64,000 nucleotides of DNA from Octopus bimaculoides (GCF_001194135.2 NC_069003.1:30482568-30546567), one strand, 5' to 3'. Counted from the stretch's first letter, positions 24,131 to 37,326 are shown. Notes: a model not told the origin generated them from the sequence alone. Program-made: numbers and translations.

Positions 24131-25451
24131 TTTAGATAGATCCTGTCTGAACAGACCAGACCTGTGACCAAAAGCCTTCCAGTTGTGACCATCCCATCTT
24201 ATTTTCAATGTAAGGAACCTGGAAAGGACAATATCCAATGAGTTCCTTTTCTGTTTGGCTTCTATTTAACCCTACCGGCCATATCCAGCCCAAATATTCC
24301 ACTTGTTTCTACTCAAACCAGCTAGATCTGACCTCTCACACCTATCCTACAATGTCGTTCTAAAAGTATACAATTGTATCATCAAAATTTCGAAGCTATG
24401 AGATAAACGCATGATTAATTCAAAACAATGTGGATAAATAAAGGCACATCGATCGTGGTTAGCGCGTCAGGCTCACAATCATGAAGTAGTGAGTTCAATT
24501 CCCAGATTAGGCTGTGTGTGTTGTGTTCTTGAGCAAGACACTTTATTTCACGTTGCTCCAGTTCACTCAGCTGTAGAAATGAGTTGTGACATCACTGATG
24601 CCAAGCTGTATCAGCCTTTGCCTTTCCCTTGGATAGTATCGGTGGCATGGAGAGGAGAGGCTGGTATGCATGAGTGTCTGCTCATAAACAACCTTGCCTG
24701 GACTTGTGCAATAGAATAGACACTAGGCTTACAAAGAATAAGTCCTAGGATTGATTTCTTTGACTAAAAACTCCTTCAAGGCAATGCTCTAGCATGGCCA
24801 CAGTCAAATGACTGAAACGTGTAAAAGAATAGAAGACTATATTACTTATAACCATATCTGCTTTTCTTTTTTTTTTCTGCTAGACTTCTTATCAGTGTGC
24901 TTCCTCTACTACCTATTTGTCTTCAGAGTCCATTACCATTCTGTAAAAGCTGTTGTTTTTCTTGTAGCACTATTGATCTCGCAACTGCAATACCATGCAT
25001 CAAAGCTGACGCACAATCTATTTACTTACATGCATATGTGTGTGTGTGTGTGTATGTGTGAATAAAGGATAAATATGTGTTTATTAACTAGAGCAAGCTC
25101 AGGGGTTCAATTCCCAGCTGGCCTCTTAACAATTTTATTATGAATATTATGATTATTATTATTATTATTATTTATTTTCTATGTTTTTCTTCTCTCTTAT
25201 GTTTATGCGTATGTTCATAGAAATACATGGGTCGGGGTGGAACATTTGTATATCCTTGTATACCTTTGTGCATTGGTGTGTGTGTGTGTGGGGGGTTGGG
25301 GTTGCTGTGTTTACATTTGTTTACAATCAGTTCAAGGGCAAGTAACAAATCTTGATTCTATCAATCTCTTCTTCACTCTGTAGGTTTGGGTTGGTGCCTT
25401 TGACGCTTTGAAAGCTTATTACCATCAATATCATACACACAAACACACACA

Positions 25452-25490
<39 letters not shown>

Positions 25491-25909
25491 GCATACAAGC
25501 ACACATTGGTGTGTAGGTCTCTCCCTTCCTCTTTCTCTCTCTCTCTCTCTCTCACACACCATGTATGTGCATATGTGCGTATTTGAATTTACTGCCAAGG
25601 GAAATGTACTCAGTACATGTGATAGAGTATATTCATATATTCAAAACTAAGTTGTTTTTACATAGTTATATATTTATTGCTAAAACTTTTTCCTTTCAAC
25701 TTTTGTACCTGGCTAGTAACTTGAAGAGTCTTTGTGATGTGAAAGTGGTGTGCATATTTACACATTATATNNNNNNNNNNNNNNNNNNNNNNNNNNNNNN
25801 NNNNNNNNNNNNNNNNNNNNNNNNNNNNNNNNNNNNNNNNNNNNNNNNNNNNNNNNNNNNNNNNNNNNNNNNNNNNNNNNNNNNNNNNNNNNNNNNNNNN
25901 NNNNNNNNN

Positions 25910-25942
<33 letters not shown>

Positions 25943-26545
25943 CATTTAAAATACAGTGTACATTTAATACACATCAGAGATGCCTATAATAGGACATCTG
26001 ATCTGCTAGAAAGAGCAGCCAAAGCTCTACACCACAATTAGGGATAATATATATATAAGTGTGTATGTGTGTGTGTGTGTATATAAGGCAATCTTTATCT
26101 CCAACTTAAAGTGGATGTTGTGTTAGAACACAGAATACTGCATTATTTACCTCAAGAATGTGTGTGTGCATATACTCAGTGTGCTCAACAACTAATTGGT
26201 GCTATGACCAATATCTATGTGAAGGAAATATACACAGATGCAATTTGCCATGGGGACTGTTAAGTCCAACATTTTGATCAGTTATTCTTCAGGACTAAAT
26301 TAAAAATAAAAAAAAATAATGAGAAACAGCAGAATTTTACATCATCTAAGTTTTAAAAAAAAAATGATTGGAAAGACTGGCTGCAACTGATAGGGAACAC
26401 AGAGCGCTATAAGCTTCATACATGAATAAGAAGTGGTAAGGGAAAAGAACACTGTAAGAGATGGAAGGAAAGGGGAATGGCTTTGGCAAGTTCACTGTCC
26501 TCTTTTTATCAGATTTACCAATATATACATACCTTGTTGTCTCAG

Positions 26546-26678
<133 letters not shown>

Positions 26679-27049
26679 CACACATGCACATCCATATACA
26701 TGAACGAACTAGTTTGTTGTATTTGTTTATTCTTTTTATGTTACACCGTTTTTGTTTCATGCCTCTGCAGTAAAATCTGTATGTTACACGACTGTATTAC
26801 TGCACGTCTACCACTCCATTTGTGTATATTCCACTGCACATTGCACCTGCTTTCATTTGTCTTATCATGTGGCATCACCTTAGCCAGTTCCACGTTTCTC
26901 ATGCCTATTGCCATTAGCTACTGCACAGTGCATATTGCACCACTACCAGCAGTAACACGTTTTCTGAAACCTGCAATGTTATGTTTTCAGTTGCTATTCT
27001 GTATTAACTTGATAAATGCTTCATATTTAATTGACTCTAGCTCTCCTTT

Positions 27050-27780
27050 TTAGTTTATCCCCTAATTTATTTATTCCCTAGTGATACATCCTACTTGAGT
27101 CTGCATTCACCCCTAGTATTACACTCTCTTTGATTCAACCCCTAGTCATACATCCCATTTGATTTAGTGTTCAGCTTTAGTTATTTTGCTTAATTGGTCC
27201 CTACTCATACACCCTATCTGATTCAGCCCTTAGTGATACACTCTCTTTGATTCAACCCCCTAGTCATACACCCTACTTGATTCAGTATTCAGCCCCTTGT
27301 CAAACACCCTATTCGATTCTGTATTCATCCCCAAGTCATACACTCTTTGATTCGGCCCCTAGTCATATTCCCTGCTTGATTCGATATTCAGCCCCTTGTC
27401 ATGCACTCTACCGGAGTTAGCCCTTAATTGTACATCCTATTTGATTTGGTCCCTCATGACATTTTGTACTCAATTCAATCCCTTGTTATACACACTTCTT
27501 GTAATATACTTTGCTTGATTCATCCCCTAGTCACGCATTGTATTTGATTCAGCCCTTAGAAATGAGCTCTACTTGATTTGGGCTCCTAGTCCTACACCCT
27601 ACTTGAATTAGACCCTAATCATACACTGTTCTTGATTCAGCCCATAGAAATGCACTCTACTTGATTTGGCCCCTTGTCATACACCTCTACTTCAATTAAC
27701 CCCTACACATACAAGTATACTTCACTTTATTCAGTTCTTAGACACTACTTGGTTAGTGCCTAGCCAGATGCCCTACTTAA
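27050..27780. repeat. Old degenerate minisatellite, about 28-35-bp unit, roughly 20-25 copies
   Basis: Consensus cccctagtcatacaccctacttgattcag, with some units carrying an extra tattcag. Confidence 0.85.
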
Positions 27781-28659
27781 CACGTTACCCCTGCTGGACC
27801 AGACACTCTATAAGTCAGACATTCTCCAGGTTTCAACAACCTTCGTCTGACAAATCCCCGTTTCTGTCCATCAGACAAATTCACTTGGCTCCAAGTTCAA
27901 ACACTCTACTTGCCTGCCCCTCTTTTGTCCAACATTCCACTTGAGCCAGCTTCTAATCACGCATAACCATCCACTAAGTAGTTCCCCCCCTCCCCACCTC
28001 ACTCATCGCCACTCCAAAATTCCTTACAATGTCGCCCTCTTTTCAATCCTATTCCCCCCCCCCCCTAACACTTATATTCCATCCAATTTCAAATCTCTGT
28101 TCATAAGTGTAAAATTTTTTAATTCAAACCAATAGAATAAAAATGAAAATAAAATTTTAAAATCCGAGTAAATTCTTTGAAAAAAAAATATTTAATTATC
28201 ATAACTGAAATTACTTAATTATTTTTTTAAAAACTATTTTCTTTTGTTTCTTCTCTTCCCTATCCCTACTCCCATTTATTATTTTTTTTTTTTTCAATAC
28301 CTCCCCCCCTGTTCTAAAACAGATATTTNNNNNNNNNNNNNNNNNNNNNNNNNNNNNNNNNNNNNNNNNNNNTACCTTCCCTACACACTGAGGTTTGTAA
28401 CATCTTCTTGTTCTCCTGTTGTAGTTGCTTTTTTTTCTTTTTTTTTTTGGCAGAGTTGAAGTGTTTTCTTTTTTTTTTGATTATTTTTGCCCTTTTGTTT
28501 TATTTTATCTTATTTTTATTCACCTCACCCCTGAATTTTTTTGTTTTTTAAACAAATATACTTTGCAAGACTTAACTCTCTCTCTCTCCTATAAAGTTCA
28601 CTTTTCTTTTATATATATATGTATATACTGTTAATACTTCATTTAGAGAATTAACATTG

Positions 28660-28702
<43 letters not shown>

Positions 28703-29280
28703 ATGTATATATTTTTTTTTATATTTTATTAACTTTTGTATTGTGTGATACCTAATTCTACTAAATTACAACAGCTGAAATTATTGATGAATTTTTTTTT
28801 AAAATACCTCCCAGAACACCCGCAGTTTTCATCTTTCATTTTACTATTTTTTTCCCCTCTTTATTTTAATTTTTTCATCATTTTTGCGTTTGTATTATTT
28901 CTTTGTTACAAAATTAACAAGGATTTTTTTTATTTTCTTTTGTGGTGGCAGGAGGCCGTTTTTGTTCTCAACTTGGTGTTTTTGGAATTTTCTGAAATAA
29001 TTTCAGTTTATTGTTATGAATAAATATAACATATATCAATCTTTCGTTTGTTGTTGTTGTTTAGGCCCAGGATATTCTTGATAAAACTGACAGACAGACA
29101 AAGAGAGAAAGACATATATAATCAATCTTGTTATTATACCTACTTTCGTTTTATTTCTAATCATTTTTGGCTTATCTGGAACAAAATTAATCCAGTATGT
29201 TGTGAAAATTTTCAGATGATAAAGATGCGATTTGAGGAAGATTTCTAACAGTTTGATAAAACAGTAGTGGTGATAATAGT

Positions 29281-29650
29281 AATAACAAGCACTCAGAGAG
29301 TGCAAACCTCTGCCAAGGCAACACCAACATCCTCTAAACAATTAGCCAGAGATGATTTTTAAGATGAGAATATCTGAAATAAACTCGACTGCTCTCACAA
29401 ACGAGAATACTAAAAATGAACCTGACTGCTCTCAAAAATTAAGTAAAAAAAAAAAAAAAAATGGATAAATAATCCAGAATCCTTGTCCGGTACCGGATGG
29501 ATCCCAAAATCTAATCAGTTCGTGCCAGTCTCAAGGCCAAACATCCCTGAAGGTTTCATCCGAATCCATCCAGTGGTTCTTGAGATATCTTGTCCATGGA
29601 CAAACAAACAAATGAGCCCAACTGAAAACAATACCTTCACTAAGGCAGGC
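29281..29650 (+). mobile_element. Probable non-autonomous Helentron/HINE (pearl-like) element
   Basis: Begins aacaag-cactcagagagtgcaaacctctgccaaggc, contains tttcatccgaatccatcc...ttgagatatcttgtccatggacaaacaaacaa and ends accttcactaaggcagg. The architecture is recognised from recall only. Confidence 0.45.
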
Positions 29651-30326
29651 ATTCTGTTTCAATCTCCTTCGGCCAGTAAGCCAAGATATAGACAAATGGC
29701 TGGAGGAGATTGAAATAGAATGCCCAGTAGAGCTCCTACAGAAAGTTTGCCTCTTAGGGAGATTAAGGATTATCAGGTGGGCTCTAAGCACTTGAAAGAC
29801 ATCTGAAAATGTGTGGATACCTAAGGTTACAGGTATTAACTTTTGTATTGTGTGATACCTTAGGTAAGGTTGGTATGAGAGTCCAGATATGGCCAGTTTA
29901 AATGCTAAAAAAAGGTTAATCTCTTTGATTGTAGCTCAGCTGAATCAGAATCGGCTCATGACTAAACAACTGAATTCTTTGCTAACATGCTTGTTTTGTT
30001 TGTTTGTTTGTTTGTTTGCCTTTATATGATTTCCATACTGTAGCATTCCTCTCTTGCTCTCAGAGAAAGAGAGAGAGAGAAGAAATTATTCTTTTCCATT
30101 TAATTAATTCAAATGGTTTTGTTTTTGATTTTGTTCGTTGTGTGAGTTTCCTTGTGTTTGCTTTGATCTCACCTGATCTGCCTTCAAGTCTTTTTCATTA
30201 AGATAACGATGACTTTAATTACACACTTGCCTCGGTGTCATTTCATCACCTATATGTTTACTCATTGCTTTTACATCTGTCTTTTCCATACTCTCATGGA
30301 TTATGCAAGATATATATGTGTGTGTG

Positions 30327-30356
<30 letters not shown>

Positions 30357-30358
<2 letters not shown>

Positions 30359-30425
30359 GTTGTACTTGGGGATGGTCATATTGCCAGTTTAGCCAATAAA
30401 AACACACGCACTGTATATTTGGTGT

Positions 30426-30478
<53 letters not shown>

Positions 30479-30622
30479 CAGCTTTATATTACATTAATCT
30501 TAATCTTAATCTTATTTCGGCCAGAGTTCTTTCGTCACACTTCTGTGACCTCATCAGTGGTCCTTTGTTTCCTTCTTTCTTATGTGTGTCTCACCTTGCT
30601 AACTATCAGCCATTTTGTATTT

Positions 30623-30625
<3 letters not shown>
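30357..30625 (-). mobile_element. Hammerhead-bearing non-coding element flanked by (TA)n, putatively PLE-derived, with an internal T51 tract
   Basis: Non-simple sequence bounded by (TA/TG)n at about 30310-30356 and (TA)n at about 30626-30654. Contains hammerhead 30519-30563 and poly-T 30428-30478. Confidence 0.45.
30519..30563 (-). ncRNA. Minimal type I hammerhead ribozyme motif (Penelope-like-element type), core intact
   Basis: Minus strand reads GGACCA-CUGAUGA-G-GUCACA(GAAG)UGUGAC-GAA-AG(AA)CU-C-UGGCC. It has the canonical core, a perfect 6-bp stem II, a 2-bp stem III, a CUC triplet and a 5-bp stem I with one bulge. Confidence 0.75.
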
Positions 30626-30654
<29 letters not shown>

Positions 30655-30655
<1 letters not shown>

Positions 30656-31046
30656 TGTGAAAATAATAAGGGTAGAAAATTTAGAAAAATTTTCATACTG
30701 GTAGCTAGCATGCGTAATAAAAGTCAACAGACAACATATTTTCATATATAATAGTATACAAACAATTTACATATTTATACATGAAATAAGTACCCTTTAA
30801 CGGGACACTTTACATGCTAGAAAGGGCAGTTAAAGCCCAAACCACGAATGAGAGCAATTTCAAAAGGAATGAAAACAGAAAATATTTTTGTAGTTACCCT
30901 CAGACTAGAGTTTTTGTATCAATGTGCAAAATAAATTAATTTGCCATCTGTACTTCTTCAGTGAGGGCACTAAAATTAATGCATATTTACACAGCAAAGA
31001 GCACCAAAAATATACGTGCTACATACCTATATATTATAATTTTCAG
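30655..31046 (-). mobile_element. Second hammerhead-bearing non-coding element flanked by (TA)n, putatively PLE-derived
   Basis: Bounded by (TA)n on both sides and contains hammerhead 30891-30972. No similarity to the adjacent element outside the ribozyme core. Confidence 0.4.
30891..30972 (-). ncRNA. Type I hammerhead ribozyme motif, degenerate at G12
   Basis: Minus strand reads UAGUGCCCUCA-CUGAAGA-A-[long bulged stem II GUA...UAC]-AAAAA(for GAAA)-CU(CU)AGU-C-UGAGGGUAACUA. It has an 11-bp stem I, a GUC triplet and stem III ACU/AGU. Confidence 0.65.
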
Positions 31047-31080
<34 letters not shown>

Positions 31081-31347
31081 TTGTTATTTATTCTTCATCT
31101 CGGAACCTTCAGCTGACTTGGATCTGGCGTCTATAGATGGCTGTGCAATAGTTGCAGTAAGTGTACCGTTGTGTGGCTTTGATGATTCGTTGTGTATTCA
31201 ATCAGCCATTTGTGAATGTATGCATAACCGGAGAACAAATCCATGTTTACTTTAGTGAGTGCACATTTGTCATGATACATTGTTTGTAGACAGTAGTGCT
31301 TATCAATAACAGTGCCCGGTTCTCTCGAATCCTGGACGAGTTAAGAG

Positions 31348-31491
31348 TTATAATTTAACACACTCACCAGTAAAATTTCCACTCATTTACTTATTTATTT
31401 CTCTAAAATCTTCATTGCGTCTCCCAACCTTTTCAATAGTTGTTGACTAGTCATGCGTGGAAATTTTACCGGTGAGTGTGTTAAATTATAA
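31348..31491. mobile_element. 144-bp MITE with 35-bp TIRs
   Basis: TTATAATTTAACACACTCACCAGTAAAATTTCCAC (31348-31382) versus GTGGAAATTTTACCGGTGAGTGTGTTAAATTATAA (31457-31491): one mismatch. Confidence 0.75.
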
Positions 31492-32600
31492 GGCACCAAA
31501 AGAGAATAATTCTCCCCAGACCCAACAAAATATGCTTCAACACACAAACTCACATAAAGAATCTTGCAAACCAGATCCAAAAACAAAATATATATTAAGA
31601 GTTTATACTTTTTTATTTGTGGATGTCAACGGGTAGGAGTAATGGTGAGGGTGTACCTACTTCTGATTTTGTATGTTGTTATATTGTTTGTTTGTGTTTT
31701 TTATTTTTTTTTTTTTTATTGCTCTCCCAAATGTCTTCTAATAATGAATTAACATTTTTTTTTTCCCCCTCTCTTGACTAATTGGTCTAGTTTGTGTGTG
31801 TGTGTGTGTGTGTGAGGGTGTGCTTGCGCATGCGTTTGTGCATGGCTTGCACGTGCTGTCGTGTTCTTTGATGTCAAGTAGCCACTTCAAACGACAGAAA
31901 CGTGTGCGTGCGCACGGGCGTTTGCATAGAGCTATTGCATTCATACACATGTATATACAGATAAATTGATGCGTGCGTATATGCGCAAGTACATTAAGAG
32001 TGTTATGGGCTGTGTGAAGAGCTGAAAACCCAAATCCTGTAGTGCCGACCTTAGAACATGGCACTTCAGTTCAGTGTTTCTTTTTTGTGGGGTTGGGTTG
32101 GGTCAGGGTTATCACTAGGCAATTGACTACAGCAGTAACAACAAGTAAAAGACCTGTGTTTTTTTTGTGTTTTTTGTGGGGGGGTGCTAGTTGATCAAAT
32201 CGACCTCAGTACTTGACTGGTACTTTATTTTATTGACCCTGATAGGATGAAAGGCAAAGTTGACCTCAGCAGGATTTGAACTCAGAACATAAAAAGAAGA
32301 GTTGGCACAAATACTGCAAGGCTTCTTAGTCTGACGCTCTAACAATTCAACCAGGTGATCTTAACGATGTAATAACCAAAACTGTTTTTCTAAATTTTTT
32401 TTGCTTGTTTTTTTTTTTGTTACTAATAGATTATTTAGCCATTAAGGACAGCTTCCTGCCCTTAAAGAACGGGAAGAAATGCTGCTATGCATTCTTCTCG
32501 CTTTCTCCCCAGGCTTTTTCTCACTGCTAATGAGCAAATAACAACTCCTGTGTCGTTGCTCAATCTGCTTGAAACAACAGTCCAAATTTCTCTCGACTCA

Positions 32601-32811
32601 TACAGGTGGGGGCTGAAAAGTTCCTGCATCTGAAGGTATCATGAAAAGCCTGGTTGAAGGCCCAACCTTCCAAGCTCTTTTAGAAAAACTGAAGAACCAC
32701 TGAAATGAGTGTGTCAATCTGAGAGGGGAATTTGTTGGATAAAATCATGATTAACTGATCCTCCTGTATTTTCTTTTACCTTAAGCCAGGAACTTTTCCG
32801 CATCCTCTCAT
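32601..32811 (+). mobile_element. Mariner-like MITE, second family, with gctgaaaagttcctgg TIRs
   Basis: TIRs ...gctgaaaagttcctg / ccaggaacttttccgcatcctctcat. A sister copy lies at 33170-33402 and an inverted partial copy at about 43500-43650. Confidence 0.7.
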
Positions 32812-33715
32812 TTAGTTATACACACACACACACACACATATATCGTTGTCGTTGATTAACGTCCGCTTTCCATGCTGGCATGGGTTGGACAGTTTGACTG
32901 ATTACTGGCAAACCAGAAGGCTGTATCAGGCTCCAGCCTGATCTGAGAAGGTTTCTACAGCTGGATGCCCTTCCTAATGCCAACCACTCTGAGAGTGTAG
33001 TGGGTGCTTTTATGTGCCACTGGCATGGGAGCCAGTCAGGCGGCCCTGGCAATGACCCATGCTCAAATGGTGCTTTGTACGTGCCTCCAGTATATGCATG
33101 TAGACTTGTATGTGTAGATGTTTGTGTCTGTGCTTTATACATGCCACCTCATATATCTATATATATATATATGAGGAGGTGCTGAAAAGTTCCTGGCTTT
33201 AAGAGTTTTGTAAAAGGCCTGGTTGGAGGCCCAGCCTTCCAAGTCCTTTTACAGGGCTTAAAGAAACTGAAGGGCCGCTGCAATACTAGTGTGACTCTAA
33301 GAGGGGAATATGTTGAATAAAATCATAATTAACTGATACCCCTGTGGGGTTTTTTTTTGGTTTTTTAACCCCAACCCAGGGGCTTTTCAGCACTCCCTTG
33401 TACAATCAAGGACGCAGATGGAATGGCCAGGGCTAAACCCCGTTTGACAAGTGGTTCGCTTGTTCAATCAGGGGCTCAGCTGGAGCAAACAGTGTCTGCT
33501 TCCCTTTGTCACTGCTGTCCCTCCTTTTTTTGCTTGTTGTAGTTGTTGTTATATACAATATTTGTAAAATGGACCTTGCTATTTAGACACAGAGGGAGGG
33601 TGTATGTATGTATGTATGTATGCCAGGGATACCTCTATGGCCCTTCCCACTCTCTCCCTTTAACATATTCCTACTTAAACTAACAAGCTTAAATCTTGTT
33701 ATCAGTATGTATGTA

Positions 33716-33750
<35 letters not shown>

Positions 33751-33990
33751 TATTTAAATGTTGTATTTTTATTTTAATACACACACACACACACACACAC
33801 CCTCGTATACAATGTTTGTTCTTTCAGCATTTACAAGCACAACTGCCCCTCCTGCCCCACATCTCCTCCATTTAACAGCAGCTGTTCAAATGTTATCTTT
33901 TCTTCTTCGTTCCCTCTCCATTCCCTCTCCAGAACCTCTGGAAAAAAAAACCTGTTCTGCTGCATCGTAAACGCTTTGATTACATTAGTA

Positions 33991-34036
<46 letters not shown>

Positions 34037-34449
34037 ATGCGTATGTGCATACATACATAAATGCATGCATGTGGACATGTGTATATAAATGTTTGTCTCT
34101 GTGTGTAGATATATATTTATAGATACAGAACAATATCAGTATATACATGTGTGTGTGTGTGTGTATATATATGTGTGTATATAGAGAGAATTAGATTTTA
34201 TATTTAGAGAAAGGAAGATAGAACTATACATATANNNNNNNNNNNNNNNNNNNNNNNNNNNNNNNNNNNNNNNNNNNNNNNNNNNNNNNNNNNNNNNNNN
34301 NNNNNNNNNNNNNNNNNNNNNNNNNNNNNNNNNNNNNNNTCAACATCTGCTTTCTATGCTGGCATGGGTTTGATTTGTTCAACTAAAATTCTATAAGGTG
34401 GTGCTACAGCATGGCTGCTGTTTAGAGACTGAAAGAAATCTAGATGAAA

Positions 34450-34599
34450 GGGCACTTGATCACAGCCTTTCCAAATCTATTGGGGCCACTGAGCTTTGTA
34501 CCATCAATGATTCATTTAAACTGTTGCAGGTCAAAACTTCCAGGAAAGACATGAGCCAGATTTCAGAAGACCAATGTTTTAGGGAGAGACAACTGTGGC

Positions 34600-34641
<42 letters not shown>

Positions 34642-34975
34642 GTTAATGCAGGGCTGAGAAGGTTGAACACACAGTTGTTCTGTGGTGTTGTCCTTTGTGA
34701 AGATACAAGGACCAACTCAAAGCATCATTGAAATCCACTGGAATTGAGCCTAAATCATTTGAAACACGAACCTGAGACTGTACCAAGTGGCAGTGTTCCA
34801 TCACTATCAGAACCAAAGGCTTCGAAGTCACCAGAAGAGAAAGGGAGAACTCATTCGACAGGAGAGAAAGGCTGAACAAAATCAATTTCATCTTCCACCA
34901 ACATTACCATGCAGTGAAAGCCATCTCCACTTTTCTGTGCAAGAATTGGTCTACATAGTCATCAACGCTAACACC
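34450..34975 (+). mobile_element. Decayed RTE-clade LINE ORF2 C-terminal fragment, interrupted by (AAT)n
   Basis: From 34701 it translates RYKDQLKASLKSTGIEPKSFETRT*DCTKW..., and 34936-34968 gives CARIGLHSHQR. Both are typical RTE/BovB-like C-terminal motifs. It carries stops and frameshifts. Confidence 0.75.
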
Positions 34976-36660
34976 GTAAAGGAAGTGTTCAGCAAAGAAG
35001 AAAATAAATTCTAGGGTATGAGATAAAACCACCACTAATGAACACAGGGGAAGAACAGACTATGACCCTTACAGCAACAAACCTATTCCTGTCCCCCATC
35101 ATACATTTGTAGTCTCTTTATACCTAGCATAAAGCTACCACCCTCTCTACTACACTCCCACTGAATCACAGGCAAGTTTTTTAGTCCTTTGAATGACATG
35201 GTAACCCCACATGTGCTGGTGCCACAACAAAAAGTACCCAGTTCATCAGTAATGTGGTTGGTGTAAAGAAAGACATCCAGCCATAGGGACCATGCCAGAA
35301 CAGACTTTGGTCTTCAATGCAGTCCTTGGTTCTTTTCATGTCCTCTTGCCATGCCAACATTGAAGACGGACATTAGGTATGATGACGATGATGGGGATAC
35401 TACAGGGTTATTCAAAAGTTACCATACATATGAACAATTTATTTTTTTTTTATAAGAAACAGTTTTTTTATTTAAATGTTTCTTATAAAAAAAATAAACT
35501 TTTCCTATGTATGATGACTTTCGAATCACACTGTAGATATATATCCTTATATATATACACACACACACACACACATATACATACATCTGTGCATGCATAT
35601 GTATATGTATGCAGGTGTGTGTGTATATATACATACACACACACACACCAGCATACATATACATAGAGAGAGATTAAATAGTTATAATGATGATGACAGT
35701 GGTACACGTGTGTATATGTATGCACATGCACACACATACACAATAATTTTATGGGAGGTGTGTGTATGCATGCGTATGAAAGGTTTTATATATATATATA
35801 TATATATTATATCTGGTCTACTCCTAGTGTGATTTATACACCATCAGCATGTGCATACATAAGTGTGTGGTGGTGGGTGTCTGTATAAATCACTTGGCTG
35901 TTGTCTTGTCTTAATATATTTACTCTTGTCTCTGCTATTAATTATGTCAATTAAGTGTAGAAGACACATATATACATACATACATACACACATACACACA
36001 TTTGTGTGGGTGTATATATATATATGTGTGTATCTTTATTTATATCTTTATATGTATATATATATGTATGTTATGTGTATAATATGCTCTTCTCCTCTGT
36101 CGCCACCCTCTCTCCCTGACTCTGTTTGTCCACAGAATTCTATTTGTCTTTGCAAGGGCAACCTTTTTCCCAGATGTCATCCGAAACTCTGCTTTAATGT
36201 TTTATTTATTTGGTTCTTATTATCTATTTACTTTATTTTATTTTACTCTTATATTTTTTTTAATGTTCTTTGGGTCAACCATTACACGTGCAGTGCAGAA
36301 GTTGTTCTTTAACCCTAGGTCGGCCTTTTTTTTTTTTTTTTGATCATCGGTCTGTCCCTGGGAACAATGAAGAATATTCCAGCTGCAACTACCACTTCTT
36401 TCTTTCGTTCTTCTTTCCCCCCCCCCCACTTCCGATGCAGTGTATCTAGAATCTTGTCATCCAGCATGTCCATTTGTTATTTAATGGTGTCTGTATGATT
36501 TGGGTTTTATTTAGCTGCTGTTTCTAGCAGACTGAACATCTGCATAGTGGTTCTTTCACATCTTGGCTTATCAGAGTAAAAGTTAGCATCATCTAACCTT
36601 GGATCTGCCTACACCTATGTATATATATATGGATATATATACACCTATGTGTGTATATTT

Positions 36661-37040
36661 AGGTGCAGGCGTGGTTGTGTGGTAAGAAGCTTGCTTTCCA
36701 ACCACATGGTCCTGGGTTCAGTCCCACTGCATAGCACCTTGGGCAAGTGTCTTCTTCTATAACCTCAGACCGACCAAAGCCTTGTGAGTGGATTTTGTAG
36801 AAGGAAACTGAAAGAAGCCCATCATGTATATGTGTGTGTGTGTTTTTGTGTCAGTGCTTATCTCCCCACCATCACTTGACAATTGATGTTGGTGTGTTTA
36901 TGTCCCCGAAATGTAGCAGTTTGGCAAAGGAGACCGATGGAGTAAGTATTAGACTTACAAAAAAATAAGTCTTGGAGTTGATTTCTTCGACTAAAGGTGA
37001 TGCTCCAGCATGGCCGCAATCAACTGAAACGTGTAAAAAA
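36661..37040 (+). mobile_element. SINE family A, full length
   Basis: From head ggtgcaggcgtggttgtgtggtaag to tail ctgaaacgtgtaaaa. Confidence 0.85.
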
Positions 37041-37326
37041 AAAAGTGTGTGCTGTCTTAGTAATGATAATACTTTCTACTTTAAGCACAAGGCCTGAAAT
37101 TTTGTGGGAGGGAGCCAGTCGATTAGATCAACCCCAGTATACAGCTGGCACTTAATTTATTCACCCCGAAAGGATGAAAGTCGACCTCTGTGGAATTTGA
37201 CCTCAGAATGTAGTATTGGGCGAAATACCTCGAAGCATTTTGTCCAGCATGCCGCCTTTGGATTAATTCAGATTAATCTGAATAAACGAGCATTGCATTC
37301 GGCAGAGTAATCTGAACGCTAAAGGT

